NCBI GenBank assembly: GCA_977017575.1
Contig: CDRNVI010000017.1
Location: forward strand, 12,836-76,835
Length of the DNA stretch: 64,000 nucleotides
DNA from: Paramoeba atlantica
Lineage: Eukaryota; Protista; Discosea
Direction: 5' to 3'
Shown: piece by piece, positions 42,566-51,947 of the stretch
Layout: each line of letters opens with the position of its first letter
How positions within the stretch are numbered: the stretch's first letter is position 1
Notes under the pieces: model-generated
Seen by the model: the letters and a program-made list of their open reading frames with translations, nothing else
What the model was told of the DNA's origin: nothing
Databases searched by the model: none
Program-made: the position numbers and the translations under genes

Positions 42566-45500
42566 ATGTCTGGTATCATCCCCCCCGCAGACACACTTCC
42601 TCCCATAGACGACAACAGCGGAAATCCGGACCACGAAGCCGAAGCCATGGAGACGGACGACAAATGCTTAGAAATTAATGGCAGAACTCACCGACCGGGG
42701 TCTTGGGACCAATTTAAAGGAAACGAACATTTAATCACGGGGACGAGCACATACCATGAAGACCTTTACACGACCCCCATCCCTCAGAATATTCCTGAAG
42801 ATTGGATCCGCCGAACGAACGCGATCGTAGGTGGGGTTAATGAAACACCGGACACAGGTCACACGGAGGTCGAAAATGAAGAGATGCAACACTCCGCTGT
42901 TATCAGGCAAGTAACGCCAGCGAAGAAGACGAAAGAGGCTTTGAATGCTACACAGCATCTAAGTACACCACTCAAAACTGCTCTATCCGCCCAAGCACGT
43001 AGCAATGAGGACATTAAAGGTCACTCCAAGAAAACCCCTACTCCACGGAGAAATAAGCTCATCCGATACCGGGTAGACCCAGAGACACCTTCACTCTTGC
43101 ATCCTTATGAACTTATTCCGGGTCCATCTCAAGAGCAACCAGGAAGAAGACACGAAACCCAGAATATTGAAAACGCTGGCGTTAGCCTCGCTGAGCCCAA
43201 CTCATTGTCCCAAGGAAAGTCTGCCGCGCTCCGAGAGTGCCCGGCCCAGGGATGTTCATGGCGCAGTCCGTCGCATGGCGGATCCTGGCAAGCCTTCTAT
43301 AACCATGTCGCATGCCGGCACGGTAACAGCATCAACCTTTTTGTAAAATTTTGCAAAATGGCGGATGCGTCCGGTGCGCAGGAGTCCACGCGCATTATGA
43401 ATCTTCTTTTGCGTTCCACGCTTGATCGGGGGGACTTGTTTCGTCCTCACAAGGGCGGGAGGAGTCCTGCTAAGCTCCGCGCGAGGTCGTTGAGACAGTT
43501 GTTGCTGCGTATGGAAAAGGGGGCGAGGCTGGCAGTGGTGTGGAGATACGGGTATAGTGATGATTTGAAGTTGTGGGAGGGGGTCGTCGAACGATGGCTT
43601 GGCTTGTGGCGCATTCGATACACCGAGCGCCCGCGTGAAACACTTCCGTTTCCCCCTTTAAGTCCTTTGATCGTTCTCTGCGCTGCTCGTGTTTTCAAAC
43701 CTTTTTCCCTGTCCAGCAGAAAAAAGCGACATCGCAAAAGTAGGGCATTGTCCGGCAAACGTGCTCTTCATGACTCGGAGGGTCCTAGAGGCCCCGCTGT
43801 GAAGGGAAAGCTTAACGTGGCAACCTTGAATGTGACTAGTCTAAAGCTAAAGGGTGAGGATGAGTTTAGTTTGAGAAAGTGCGGGCACCTGTATGAAGTA
43901 CTTAATTTTATGAATATGAAAGGAATCAATATTCTGGGAATGCAGGAGACAAGGTACAGATTTTCGTCTTCTGAAAAGTCGGAGGTACTTTGCCGCAAAG
44001 TACAATACCAGAATTCGGAATATTTCTTCAACCTCATTACAGCTCGCGCGAAGGATGCGTACAATGGAATGGGCATCGTAAGCTCAATGCCTATGTCCAA
44101 GGTATTTCGAGTAAGTGAAAGGATCATGGTTGGTGAATTTGAGATGGAAGACGGAGTTGGGACAGTTGTTAATGTTTATGCTCCTACAAGAGATTCTTCG
44201 GAACTCGCGCTATCAACATTTTACGGAGATTTAGAAAAGTGTTGCACAAAAGCATTAGAAAACAATCTGCGACGCCCTCTTTTCGTGATAGGAGATTTCA
44301 ACGCCCCCTTAACGCTTATATCAAACAAAGAAATGGACCCACTGGCTGTTGCTCGTCTCAAAGGTCTTTCCTGTGCTATGGGATGCAAATCCGCGCATAG
44401 TCTGTGCCCTAGTAGTAGGAAGTGGACGTGTGAGCTGCCAAACAAAACTTTGCGTCAATTGGATCATATATTTATAAGCAGCCGATTCGCATCAGCCATT
44501 CAGCGCCACAAGGTCGTAAAGGCACCAGTTCCCACAACGCACTGCTGTGTAATTGCCAGTGTAAAAATTAAATGGAGAGCAGTAAACCCGAAAGCTGCAA
44601 ATAATTATCTCTCTTGGGCCTTTCTTCGAAACAGTGAAAATCTTCAAGCATTTATTACCAAAGTTCACTCTCAATCTGAGAAGGGGGGTAATATCAAGCA
44701 AGGGTGGGAACGACTTTCGAACAGTATAATAACCGCCGCCAAAAATTTTAAGAAGCCACAAAAACGTACGATAAACAGAGAACCTATTAAGCATGTGAAG
44801 ATAAATAACCTGCGGGGCCTTTATCAGAGAAGCAGACAGAAGACTACGTTTAATGAGTTAATAAAAGAACATAAAAAAGATATTGAACAGACCATTTCGG
44901 AAGAATGCTTAGAACTTGAGAACAAGCTTCGCAAGAATCACTCAAATCCATGGAGAACTCTTCGGCAAATATGTGGACAATACCGTACTCAGTTCAATAC
45001 AAATGGTGAGACGCGTGATATGAAACTACAAGCGATCCGTGAACATTTCTTAAAATTCAGTAATTATGATGCAGGAGATCCAAATATCAGTTTCGACCCT
45101 ATTCCACCATTATTCGTGCCGATCGAGGATGGCCCATTTATTGTTGAGGAGTTGACTTTGTCAGTGAAGCATTTTGGGAGAGGACGAGCACCCGGAAGCG
45201 ACGGAATACCTATGGAGGCACTACAAGCTATCGCAAGTCACGAAGTTCTAAGAGAGCAGCTTTTAGGTATAATAAACAAAGTTTATGAGACCGGGTCTAC
45301 GGATGAAGCTTGGCGAATGACACTCCAGATACCCATACCAAAGAAAGGGGATCTCACTGACATTTCAAACTGGAGGCCGATATGTGTGGTGAATAGCGTT
45401 GTTAAACTGATGAATCACATGATTCTTTCACGCATTCGGCCCAGCGTAGAAGGTTTCCTACGCGATAATCAGTATGGGTTTCGGCCAAACAGATCTACAG

Positions 45501-47449
45501 CTGGCGCCCAAATCATTATGAACGAGGTTAAAACCAAGGCTTTTCGAAAAGACGGAATAATGGTAGCCTTTGTAGATTTTGCTAAAGCATTTCCCTCCGT
45601 ATCCTTTGCTGCTATAAAAGCCTGCCTAAATGCTTTCCGAGTTGGCAATCGATTGTCCACCACAATCTTGTCCATCTATCGCGACTTGAAAGGAACAGTT
45701 CGAACGCCGTTTGGTAATACTGAACCTTTTCCAATCACCACAGGGATTCTACAAGGGGATGTATTAGCTCCCTATCTATTCGTTATGGTGATGGACAGGA
45801 TTCTACACAAGGCTCTCGACGACGGATCAGATGGTGTTCTTCTGAAATCTAGAGGTACACGAAAGCGAGGGTTAAACGAAAAACGACTGAGTGATATCGA
45901 TTATGCCGACGACGTCGCGCTATTTAGTGATTCGAGGGAAGGTTTGCAAAATATGATAAACAGCGTTTCTCGGGAAGCAGTCAAAGCTAATCTACGACTT
46001 GCGGTTGGTCAAACGAAAACTGCATGGATGTCTTTTGGTAAAGTTGCACGTTCCGAAAACGACCCCGTCATCTACAACAACAACTTGGAGGTACCAAAGG
46101 TGGGGTCATACAGGCATCTGGGGCAACGTCAAGATCAAGATTTTTCTTCCACTGTAAAAGATCGATTAAAGCTTGCATGGGGATCACTCCATCGTTTAAA
46201 TGGAATTTGGTCTTCTCCTCTAAGTGAAGGGATGAAACTTCGACTTTATGATGCCTTAGTTTACCCTGTGCTGAATTTTGGAATGGGAGCAGTTCATATT
46301 TCTCAAAAGGAGCTCCGTAAAATTGATATTGAGGTCAACACAATGAGAAGAATTGCCACCCGTTCAAACAAAGTTGATGAGTACGGGTTATGCTACCCCA
46401 ACGCTTCTCTCTATGTTAATACCGACAGGTTTTCTCCTATTCATAAAGTACAGCGAGCAAAACTGGTGGGACATATGATCCGTCATTCTTCAGACTTTCG
46501 GGAACTGATTCAATGGAAACAACGTAGCAACGCTAGATTACCTTCCCCAAGTGAAGCTTGTGTTAAAGATCTTGGCATTACTATTGAACAAGCATTGGTT
46601 TACGCCATGGACCGCGAGCATTGGTTCAGAATTACAGAACAACTTCGTGACAACCTTGAACCAGCTGCAACCTATATAAAATCTGGCACGCAAAAGTGGA
46701 GAACCGCCGTCACAAAAGCCAAGAAGACTAAAGACTTGCGCGAGTTACAGTATATTGAAGAGTCAACGGATCCTTTCCCTAACTTTAAAGCTATGCAGAT
46801 ATATACGGATGCTTCTATTAAGAGTATGGTTAGTTCTCAGGAAATTCGAAGTGGCGCTGGTATTGTGGTTATACCAACGAAAAAAGATCCAATAAGATGT
46901 TCAATCCCACTGGAAGTTACAACAATTGAGAGAGCAGAACTTCAATCGTTTTATTTAGCTCTCAACAAATTGCCAGAAAATTCATGCGCGTGCTTGTTTC
47001 ACACAGATTCGCATTACGTTTGGGACTTCTTTCACAATTTACGAAATAAACGGCGCATTGTGGGATACACTGGGACAAAAAATGGCGACCTAATGTATGA
47101 TGTGGACGCAAAGCTCAGGTTACTAAAATTCCATTCGTATAATATATATTTGTGCAAGGTAAAGGCGCACATTGGAAACAAATGGAATGAGGAGGCAGAT
47201 GGTCTAGCACTTTTGGCATCACGAAAAGTGGCACGGGCTCCGACCCAAAAAAGGAGAAAAACAACTGCTAACTCGGAGGATAGTGAGAATTCACAACCGT
47301 TATGGTCTTTGAAAGCCTTACTCAAAAGGAAGTCCCTTGGAAATAAGCAAGCACGAGACATTCCATCATCCAAGCGCGAAGCTGAGGCGGAAGGGGTATT
47401 TCGAGGGAAGGTTGCGAGAGCTGGCGGTAATAGGAAACCGTCTAAGTAG
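42566..47449 (+). CDS. In-frame fusion ORF, 1627 aa: G N-terminus (LsmAD-like + ZnF1) fused to complete family B protein (own ATG 43358, 1363 aa; APE-RT-RNase H)
   Basis: 43358-42566 = 792 nt, in frame with no stop. Confidence 0.88.
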   Translation: MSGIIPPADTLPPIDDNSGNPDHEAEAMETDDKCLEINGRTHRPGSWDQFKGNEHLITGTSTYHEDLYTTPIPQNIPEDWIRRTNAIVGGVNETPDTGHTEVENEEMQHSAVIRQVTPAKKTKEALNATQHLSTPLKTALSAQARSNEDIKGHSKKTPTPRRNKLIRYRVDPETPSLLHPYELIPGPSQEQPGRRHETQNIENAGVSLAEPNSLSQGKSAALRECPAQGCSWRSPSHGGSWQAFYNHVACRHGNSINLFVKFCKMADASGAQESTRIMNLLLRSTLDRGDLFRPHKGGRSPAKLRARSLRQLLLRMEKGARLAVVWRYGYSDDLKLWEGVVERWLGLWRIRYTERPRETLPFPPLSPLIVLCAARVFKPFSLSSRKKRHRKSRALSGKRALHDSEGPRGPAVKGKLNVATLNVTSLKLKGEDEFSLRKCGHLYEVLNFMNMKGINILGMQETRYRFSSSEKSEVLCRKVQYQNSEYFFNLITARAKDAYNGMGIVSSMPMSKVFRVSERIMVGEFEMEDGVGTVVNVYAPTRDSSELALSTFYGDLEKCCTKALENNLRRPLFVIGDFNAPLTLISNKEMDPLAVARLKGLSCAMGCKSAHSLCPSSRKWTCELPNKTLRQLDHIFISSRFASAIQRHKVVKAPVPTTHCCVIASVKIKWRAVNPKAANNYLSWAFLRNSENLQAFITKVHSQSEKGGNIKQGWERLSNSIITAAKNFKKPQKRTINREPIKHVKINNLRGLYQRSRQKTTFNELIKEHKKDIEQTISEECLELENKLRKNHSNPWRTLRQICGQYRTQFNTNGETRDMKLQAIREHFLKFSNYDAGDPNISFDPIPPLFVPIEDGPFIVEELTLSVKHFGRGRAPGSDGIPMEALQAIASHEVLREQLLGIINKVYETGSTDEAWRMTLQIPIPKKGDLTDISNWRPICVVNSVVKLMNHMILSRIRPSVEGFLRDNQYGFRPNRSTAGAQIIMNEVKTKAFRKDGIMVAFVDFAKAFPSVSFAAIKACLNAFRVGNRLSTTILSIYRDLKGTVRTPFGNTEPFPITTGILQGDVLAPYLFVMVMDRILHKALDDGSDGVLLKSRGTRKRGLNEKRLSDIDYADDVALFSDSREGLQNMINSVSREAVKANLRLAVGQTKTAWMSFGKVARSENDPVIYNNNLEVPKVGSYRHLGQRQDQDFSSTVKDRLKLAWGSLHRLNGIWSSPLSEGMKLRLYDALVYPVLNFGMGAVHISQKELRKIDIEVNTMRRIATRSNKVDEYGLCYPNASLYVNTDRFSPIHKVQRAKLVGHMIRHSSDFRELIQWKQRSNARLPSPSEACVKDLGITIEQALVYAMDREHWFRITEQLRDNLEPAATYIKSGTQKWRTAVTKAKKTKDLRELQYIEESTDPFPNFKAMQIYTDASIKSMVSSQEIRSGAGIVVIPTKKDPIRCSIPLEVTTIERAELQSFYLALNKLPENSCACLFHTDSHYVWDFFHNLRNKRRIVGYTGTKNGDLMYDVDAKLRLLKFHSYNIYLCKVKAHIGNKWNEEADGLALLASRKVARAPTQKRRKTTANSEDSENSQPLWSLKALLKRKSLGNKQARDIPSSKREAEAEGVFRGKVARAGGNRKPSK

Positions 47450-47648
47450 GGAGAGAATTGATGGAATTATTTCTTTGCCAACTTAGAATACCTTGAGGAT
47501 TATTCATAGGTTATCGGAAAAATATTGTTTGTTTGTACCGTATCAGACACATATAAACTCTGAACGTGGAAGCGATAGATGAAAGCTTTCAAGGTGTAAA
47601 CATTAAGTTTTTCAACCGACTTTACGTCGGTCTTTTGGATTGGATTGG
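43334..47648 (+). mobile_element. Full-length APE-RT-RNase H element, family B
   Basis: 5' AACCTTTTTG, intact ORF, CCGAC/GTCGG stem-loop, GGATT tail, TSD. Confidence 0.94.
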
Positions 47649-47662
47649 ACGGTAACAGCATC

Positions 47663-50600
47663 CCTAATGAATGGTGGTACAGAGAAGGCCGTTTTCTATG
47701 CACCTCATGCGGACGCCACTACGACAACCACAAACGATCATCGCACACACACAGCTGCAAAGGAACGAAAACCGTCGCGCTCCTTTCTCCCGAACTTCTT
47801 ACTCCACCCAACGAAGTGAGCACCGCACCAACACCAGAGAACACCAACTTTGAGCTCCCACCTCTTCCTTCTGTCTGCTCTCTTCAGCTGAGTACGTGCA
47901 AAGACGTGCCTTATCGTTGCCGCCAGATCTGGGAAGAAATCCTCTCCTCCGCCATTCGGAACGCGGTCTCTGAAAACTCCTTACAGGCATGGACGCTTCT
48001 GGCCATGCTTCCCAAATGCGTTTTACCAGCTCCGCATCGAGGGGGCCGCAAAGGCCACATGGCATATGCCTCACATGCGTATAAATGCATGCAGCGTTGG
48101 GCGGAACAAGAGTACTCGGACCTATGGAGCGAAGCAATTGTAGCCTGTCGAAAAAAGCAAAAATCTCCAACGGAATTCCCTGACGAAGACGAGAAGGCAG
48201 CGATTCGAGCAGAACTCCTCGTCCGCCACGGCGAGCTCTCTAGAGGGTTGGCCTCCCTAACGTCAGATCCAATGGCGCCTGACGATGACGAGACATTTGA
48301 AAAATTGCTAGAAAAACACCCCCGTCGTCTTCAAATTGACTCGTGCGAAAACTGCCCGCCCCCGAACTGCGCTCCACTGGAACTTGACGAACGCGAAGTT
48401 GCAAAGACGCTGAAGAGCTTCAACAGGGGTTCCTCTGCCGGCACTATGGGATTACGCCCAGAGCACCTACAGGCAGCACTGCTCGTACACGGAAATGACT
48501 TTCTCCGATCCCTCACAAAGCTAACAAATCACCTCCTAGCTGGGAAGGCACCCTCTGAAGTACAGGCGCACTTCGCAGGGGCGCGCTTATGCGCCCTATC
48601 AAAGGGCGAAAATGATGTTCGTCCGATCGCTGCCGGTGAAACCCTTCGGCGATTAGCGAGCAAAGCCGTATGCAACGCAATCCGACCCAAAGCGAGCGAG
48701 CTCTTTGAAGGCAAACAGTACGGAGTGGCAGCGACAGCCGGGGCCGAAAGAGTCATTCACATGTGTCGCCTGGCCATGTCGTCCAATATGGAAAACCCGA
48801 ACTTCGTCATGTGCAAAGTGGACCTACGTAACGCTTTCAATAACGTAAGCAGGGCTGCCTTCCTTCCACTAGTACAGGAATATTTCCCGGAACTCTTCCC
48901 TTGGATCAATTGGTGCTATTCCGACCCCAGCTCTCTTACCTACGGGGCCCGATTCATCTCCTCCGAGGAAGGAGTACAACAGGGCGATCCCCTAGGACCA
49001 TTGCTCTTCTCGTTAGTGGCCCTGGAGCTCTCAGAAGCCATTAACCTTCAAACTGATATTCCCGCCCAACTCTGGTATCTCGACGATGGCGTCCTCGTTG
49101 GCCAGGCGCAGGAAGTTAGAGACGCCCTAGACACGATCGCCCGAGTAGGACCTCAATGGGGCTTGTATCTCAATACGTCGAAATGCGAAATTATTACTTC
49201 CCCCAGCTCGGCCCACCAGGCTGATTACTTCCCAGACATACCCGACGAGAAGATCAATTCGCAGGGGAACTTTGACATACTAGGGAGTCCTGTAGGATCC
49301 GCCGACCACTGCTCTGCTTATCTTCTTTCTCACGCCCTAGAACCAGCCGAGGATACCCTCGATGCCATCACCAACATTCAGGACCCCCAGGTCGCGCTTG
49401 CCCTAATTCGTCAATGTGCGGGGTTCTGTCAAATGGTGTATGCCATGAGAAGCACGCCCCCACAGTCCCTGATTCACCTTTGCTCCCGTTTAGACGACTT
49501 TCTCATGACCGCTATAGAGGCAATCATCTGTCCTCTGGACAGGTCAGCACAATCTCAAGCACAGCGACTGAAGCGTCATGGGGGATTAGGTCTGAGATCC
49601 GCAGCTCTCCACGCTTCCGCGGCTTACGTTGCATCCGTCGCCTTTGCCTCTGCCACAGATTCCTGGGATCCCACAGACGCTGAAGGTTTCTCGGAGGCCA
49701 TCCTCGACATCAATCAGAAGGCCGGCACTGCTCTCCTCGATCCCCGAGGTCGTGTTCTCACGACTCCCAACGCCCCATGCGAGAAGGCCCTGAGCGCGCC
49801 GTACTCCTACCGGAAGAGAAGGCGCCCTCCGCCAGGGAATGATCCTCACCCCCCGGACGAGCCTCCGGGACATATTCTTCGTACGACTTCCCGCACGGCC
49901 AACACACCCACGGATGCCTACCCACTCTCGACTCCCCTCTACGGTTCTGAAGAATGCCAGGACATGTTACCCCCACAGTGGCCCAAAGGGAAGATCCCGC
50001 GCCAGCGGGTAATCAGTTATGCTATTGCAGCCCATGCCTTTTCCCAGGAATATGAGACAACTGACGCACGAACCCGTGCAAGGTGGATCTCCCAGTGTGG
50101 CACGGGAGCGAGCAGCTGGGCCTTTGTGACTCCTTCGAAAGACCTTGGGCACGCCTTTACCCCCACACAATTCCGAACTTTGGCCCGTTGGTGGTTAGGC
50201 GTGGACATCTACCATGAAGATAGCACGTGCCCCATGCCGAAATGCTCGCTCCCCCTTGACAGCAAAGGGGACCATGCACTGTCTTGCAAACATGGCCATG
50301 GTATTGTGACCAGGCACAACGCTGTTACGGACCAGTTCGCGGACGTGTGCAGTCGAGCCCGCCTCGCCCCTCAACGAGAAAAGAGTCTCGGGAACAGGGG
50401 CCCAGGCGGGGCCCTCACCAGACCTGGCGACATATACTTGCCCAGCCTTTTTCTTGGAAATCCCATTGTGCTTGACTTCGCGGTCACCCATGCTCAGCAA
50501 TTAAAATATACGGACAAAGTCCGAAACGCTAGCTGGGTTGCCGCGGGGTCATTTGCCGAACATTATTCCTCAATGGAGAAGGGCAAGCAGCGTCGAGAAG

Positions 50601-50848
50601 CCGTAGAGGCAGGATGCGACTTTACGGCCATGGTTGTCGAAAGTTATGGCGCCTGGAGCCCCAGCGCTTCAGCCGTGCTCCGCAAAGTCGGTGAGAGGTG
50701 TTCGCACGCCTCGGGGGGTCTACTTTCGGAAGGTGAGGCAACGAGCCGAATCTTCGCTGAACTAAACATAACCCTTATGCGCTTTCAAGCGCGCATGATG
50801 GTTGCTCGTTCACCTTCCGAAGACCCCATCGCAACTCTGGAGGAATAG
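47663..50848 (+). CDS. Family G polyprotein, part 2 (ZnF2, RT, CCHC, RLE)
   Basis: FLCTSCGRH, QQGDPLGP, YLDD, RPGDIY..LDFAVTH. Confidence 0.9.
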   Translation, partial: PNEWWYREGRFLCTSCGRHYDNHKRSSHTHSCKGTKTVALLSPELLTPPNEVSTAPTPENTNFELPPLPSVCSLQLSTCKDVPYRCRQIWEEILSSAIRNAVSENSLQAWTLLAMLPKCVLPAPHRGGRKGHMAYASHAYKCMQRWAEQEYSDLWSEAIVACRKKQKSPTEFPDEDEKAAIRAELLVRHGELSRGLASLTSDPMAPDDDETFEKLLEKHPRRLQIDSCENCPPPNCAPLELDEREVAKTLKSFNRGSSAGTMGLRPEHLQAALLVHGNDFLRSLTKLTNHLLAGKAPSEVQAHFAGARLCALSKGENDVRPIAAGETLRRLASKAVCNAIRPKASELFEGKQYGVAATAGAERVIHMCRLAMSSNMENPNFVMCKVDLRNAFNNVSRAAFLPLVQEYFPELFPWINWCYSDPSSLTYGARFISSEEGVQQGDPLGPLLFSLVALELSEAINLQTDIPAQLWYLDDGVLVGQAQEVRDALDTIARVGPQWGLYLNTSKCEIITSPSSAHQADYFPDIPDEKINSQGNFDILGSPVGSADHCSAYLLSHALEPAEDTLDAITNIQDPQVALALIRQCAGFCQMVYAMRSTPPQSLIHLCSRLDDFLMTAIEAIICPLDRSAQSQAQRLKRHGGLGLRSAALHASAAYVASVAFASATDSWDPTDAEGFSEAILDINQKAGTALLDPRGRVLTTPNAPCEKALSAPYSYRKRRRPPPGNDPHPPDEPPGHILRTTSRTANTPTDAYPLSTPLYGSEECQDMLPPQWPKGKIPRQRVISYAIAAHAFSQEYETTDARTRARWISQCGTGASSWAFVTPSKDLGHAFTPTQFRTLARWWLGVDIYHEDSTCPMPKCSLPLDSKGDHALSCKHGHGIVTRHNAVTDQFADVCSRARLAPQREKSLGNRGPGGALTRPGDIYLPSLFLGNPIVLDFAVTHAQQLKYTDKVRNASWVAAGSFAEHYSSMEKGKQRREAVEAGCDFTAMVVESYGAWSPSASAVLRKVGERCSHASGGLLSEGEATSRIFAELNITLMRFQARMMVARSPSEDPIATLEE

Positions 50849-50865
50849 CCTCCAGAGCGGCCCGA

Positions 50866-51096
50866 GGCCGATCGAGCCGACAGTGCCTATCCTCACGCCT
50901 CGCTTTCACGAGCAAGGTACCCCAATGTGAGACAGGTATGGATTCGGAACATTCATCCGAATCCGGCGATCAAAACCCAACTTCGTGACCGTGCCGCTGT
51001 CGGCACATGCCCGCGCCTGCGCCCTCCCGCATAACAAGGGAAGGGTTCCCAAGCCAGGCCGTGGAGAGGTCGAGAGACCCGGTCCGAAGCGCGCAC
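50866..51096 (+). ncRNA. Structured 3'UTR RNA element (G variant)
   Basis: GCCGACAG/CTGTCGGC, CTCAC..ACCCCAAT-GTGAG, GGTC-GAGA-GACC. Confidence 0.6.
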
Positions 51097-51712
51097 TGCT
51101 GGAAGAAGGGGTGGAGCACTCGCGGATTGATTTCTGGGGGGAAGTGAGGGAAAGAGGAGGGCAAAGTTTGGAAGGCGCGGATGGATGCTCGGGGGGGGGG
51201 AAGTGAGGGAAAGAAGCGGGTGAAGTCGGAAAGTCGCGGATGGTTTCTTTGAGGGGTGGAGATAAGGGAGAGAAGCGGGCGAAGTTGATAAGGGCGAAGT
51301 AAAGTAAAAAAAAAAAAAAAAAAAAAAAGGTACCCGCATAACAAGGGAAGGGTTCCCAAGCCAGGCCGTGGAGAGGTCGAGAGACCCGGTCCGAAGCGCG
51401 CACTGCTGGAAGAAGGGGTGGAGCACGCGCGGATTGATTTCTTGGGGGAAGTGAGGGAAAGAGGAGGGCAAAGTTTGGAAGGCGCGGATGGATGCTCGGG
51501 GGGGGGGAAGTGAGGGAAAGAAGCGGGTGAAGTCGGAAAGTCGCGGATGGTTTCTTTGAGGGGTGGAGATAAGGGAGAGAAGCGGGCGAAGTTGATAAGG
51601 GCGAAGTAAAGTAAGTAGGAAAGTAAGTAAGAAAGGGATACCGTACATTCATAGAATATATTTTAGAAGAAAGAATTTTTCAGTCTTGAACGCATAAAAA
51701 AAAAAAAAAAAA

Positions 51713-51945
51713 GACTTTTCACTGCATTTCTCTTCAGGGAGGCGGCTTCGTGGGGGGAAATTGTTTGCTAGTTTGGGGTGGGCTGATTGCTTGTGGAAGG
51801 AGGAAAAACTAAGAAATTTACATACATTCATATCCCCCCAATGGACCTACTTGGTTCGCATAATGGGTAATATAGAGGCAATGCCGCGTTTCATACATCT
51901 CCCCCCTTATTAATTGCAAAAAAAAAAAAAAAAAAAAAAAAAAAA
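51713..51945 (+). mobile_element. SINE-like short unit, second copy
   Basis: Matches 24457-24689 (one substitution seen). Confidence 0.6.
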
Positions 51946-51947
51946 GA

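Larger units (their letters stand above)
42484..51712 (+). mobile_element. Full-length CRE-like element, family G, interrupted by sense family B insertion
   Basis: 42566-43333 joined to 47663-50848 restores a 1317-aa ORF (..RHGNSI|PNEWW..); TSD ACGGTAACAGCATC at 43320-43333 and 47649-47662. Confidence 0.92.
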
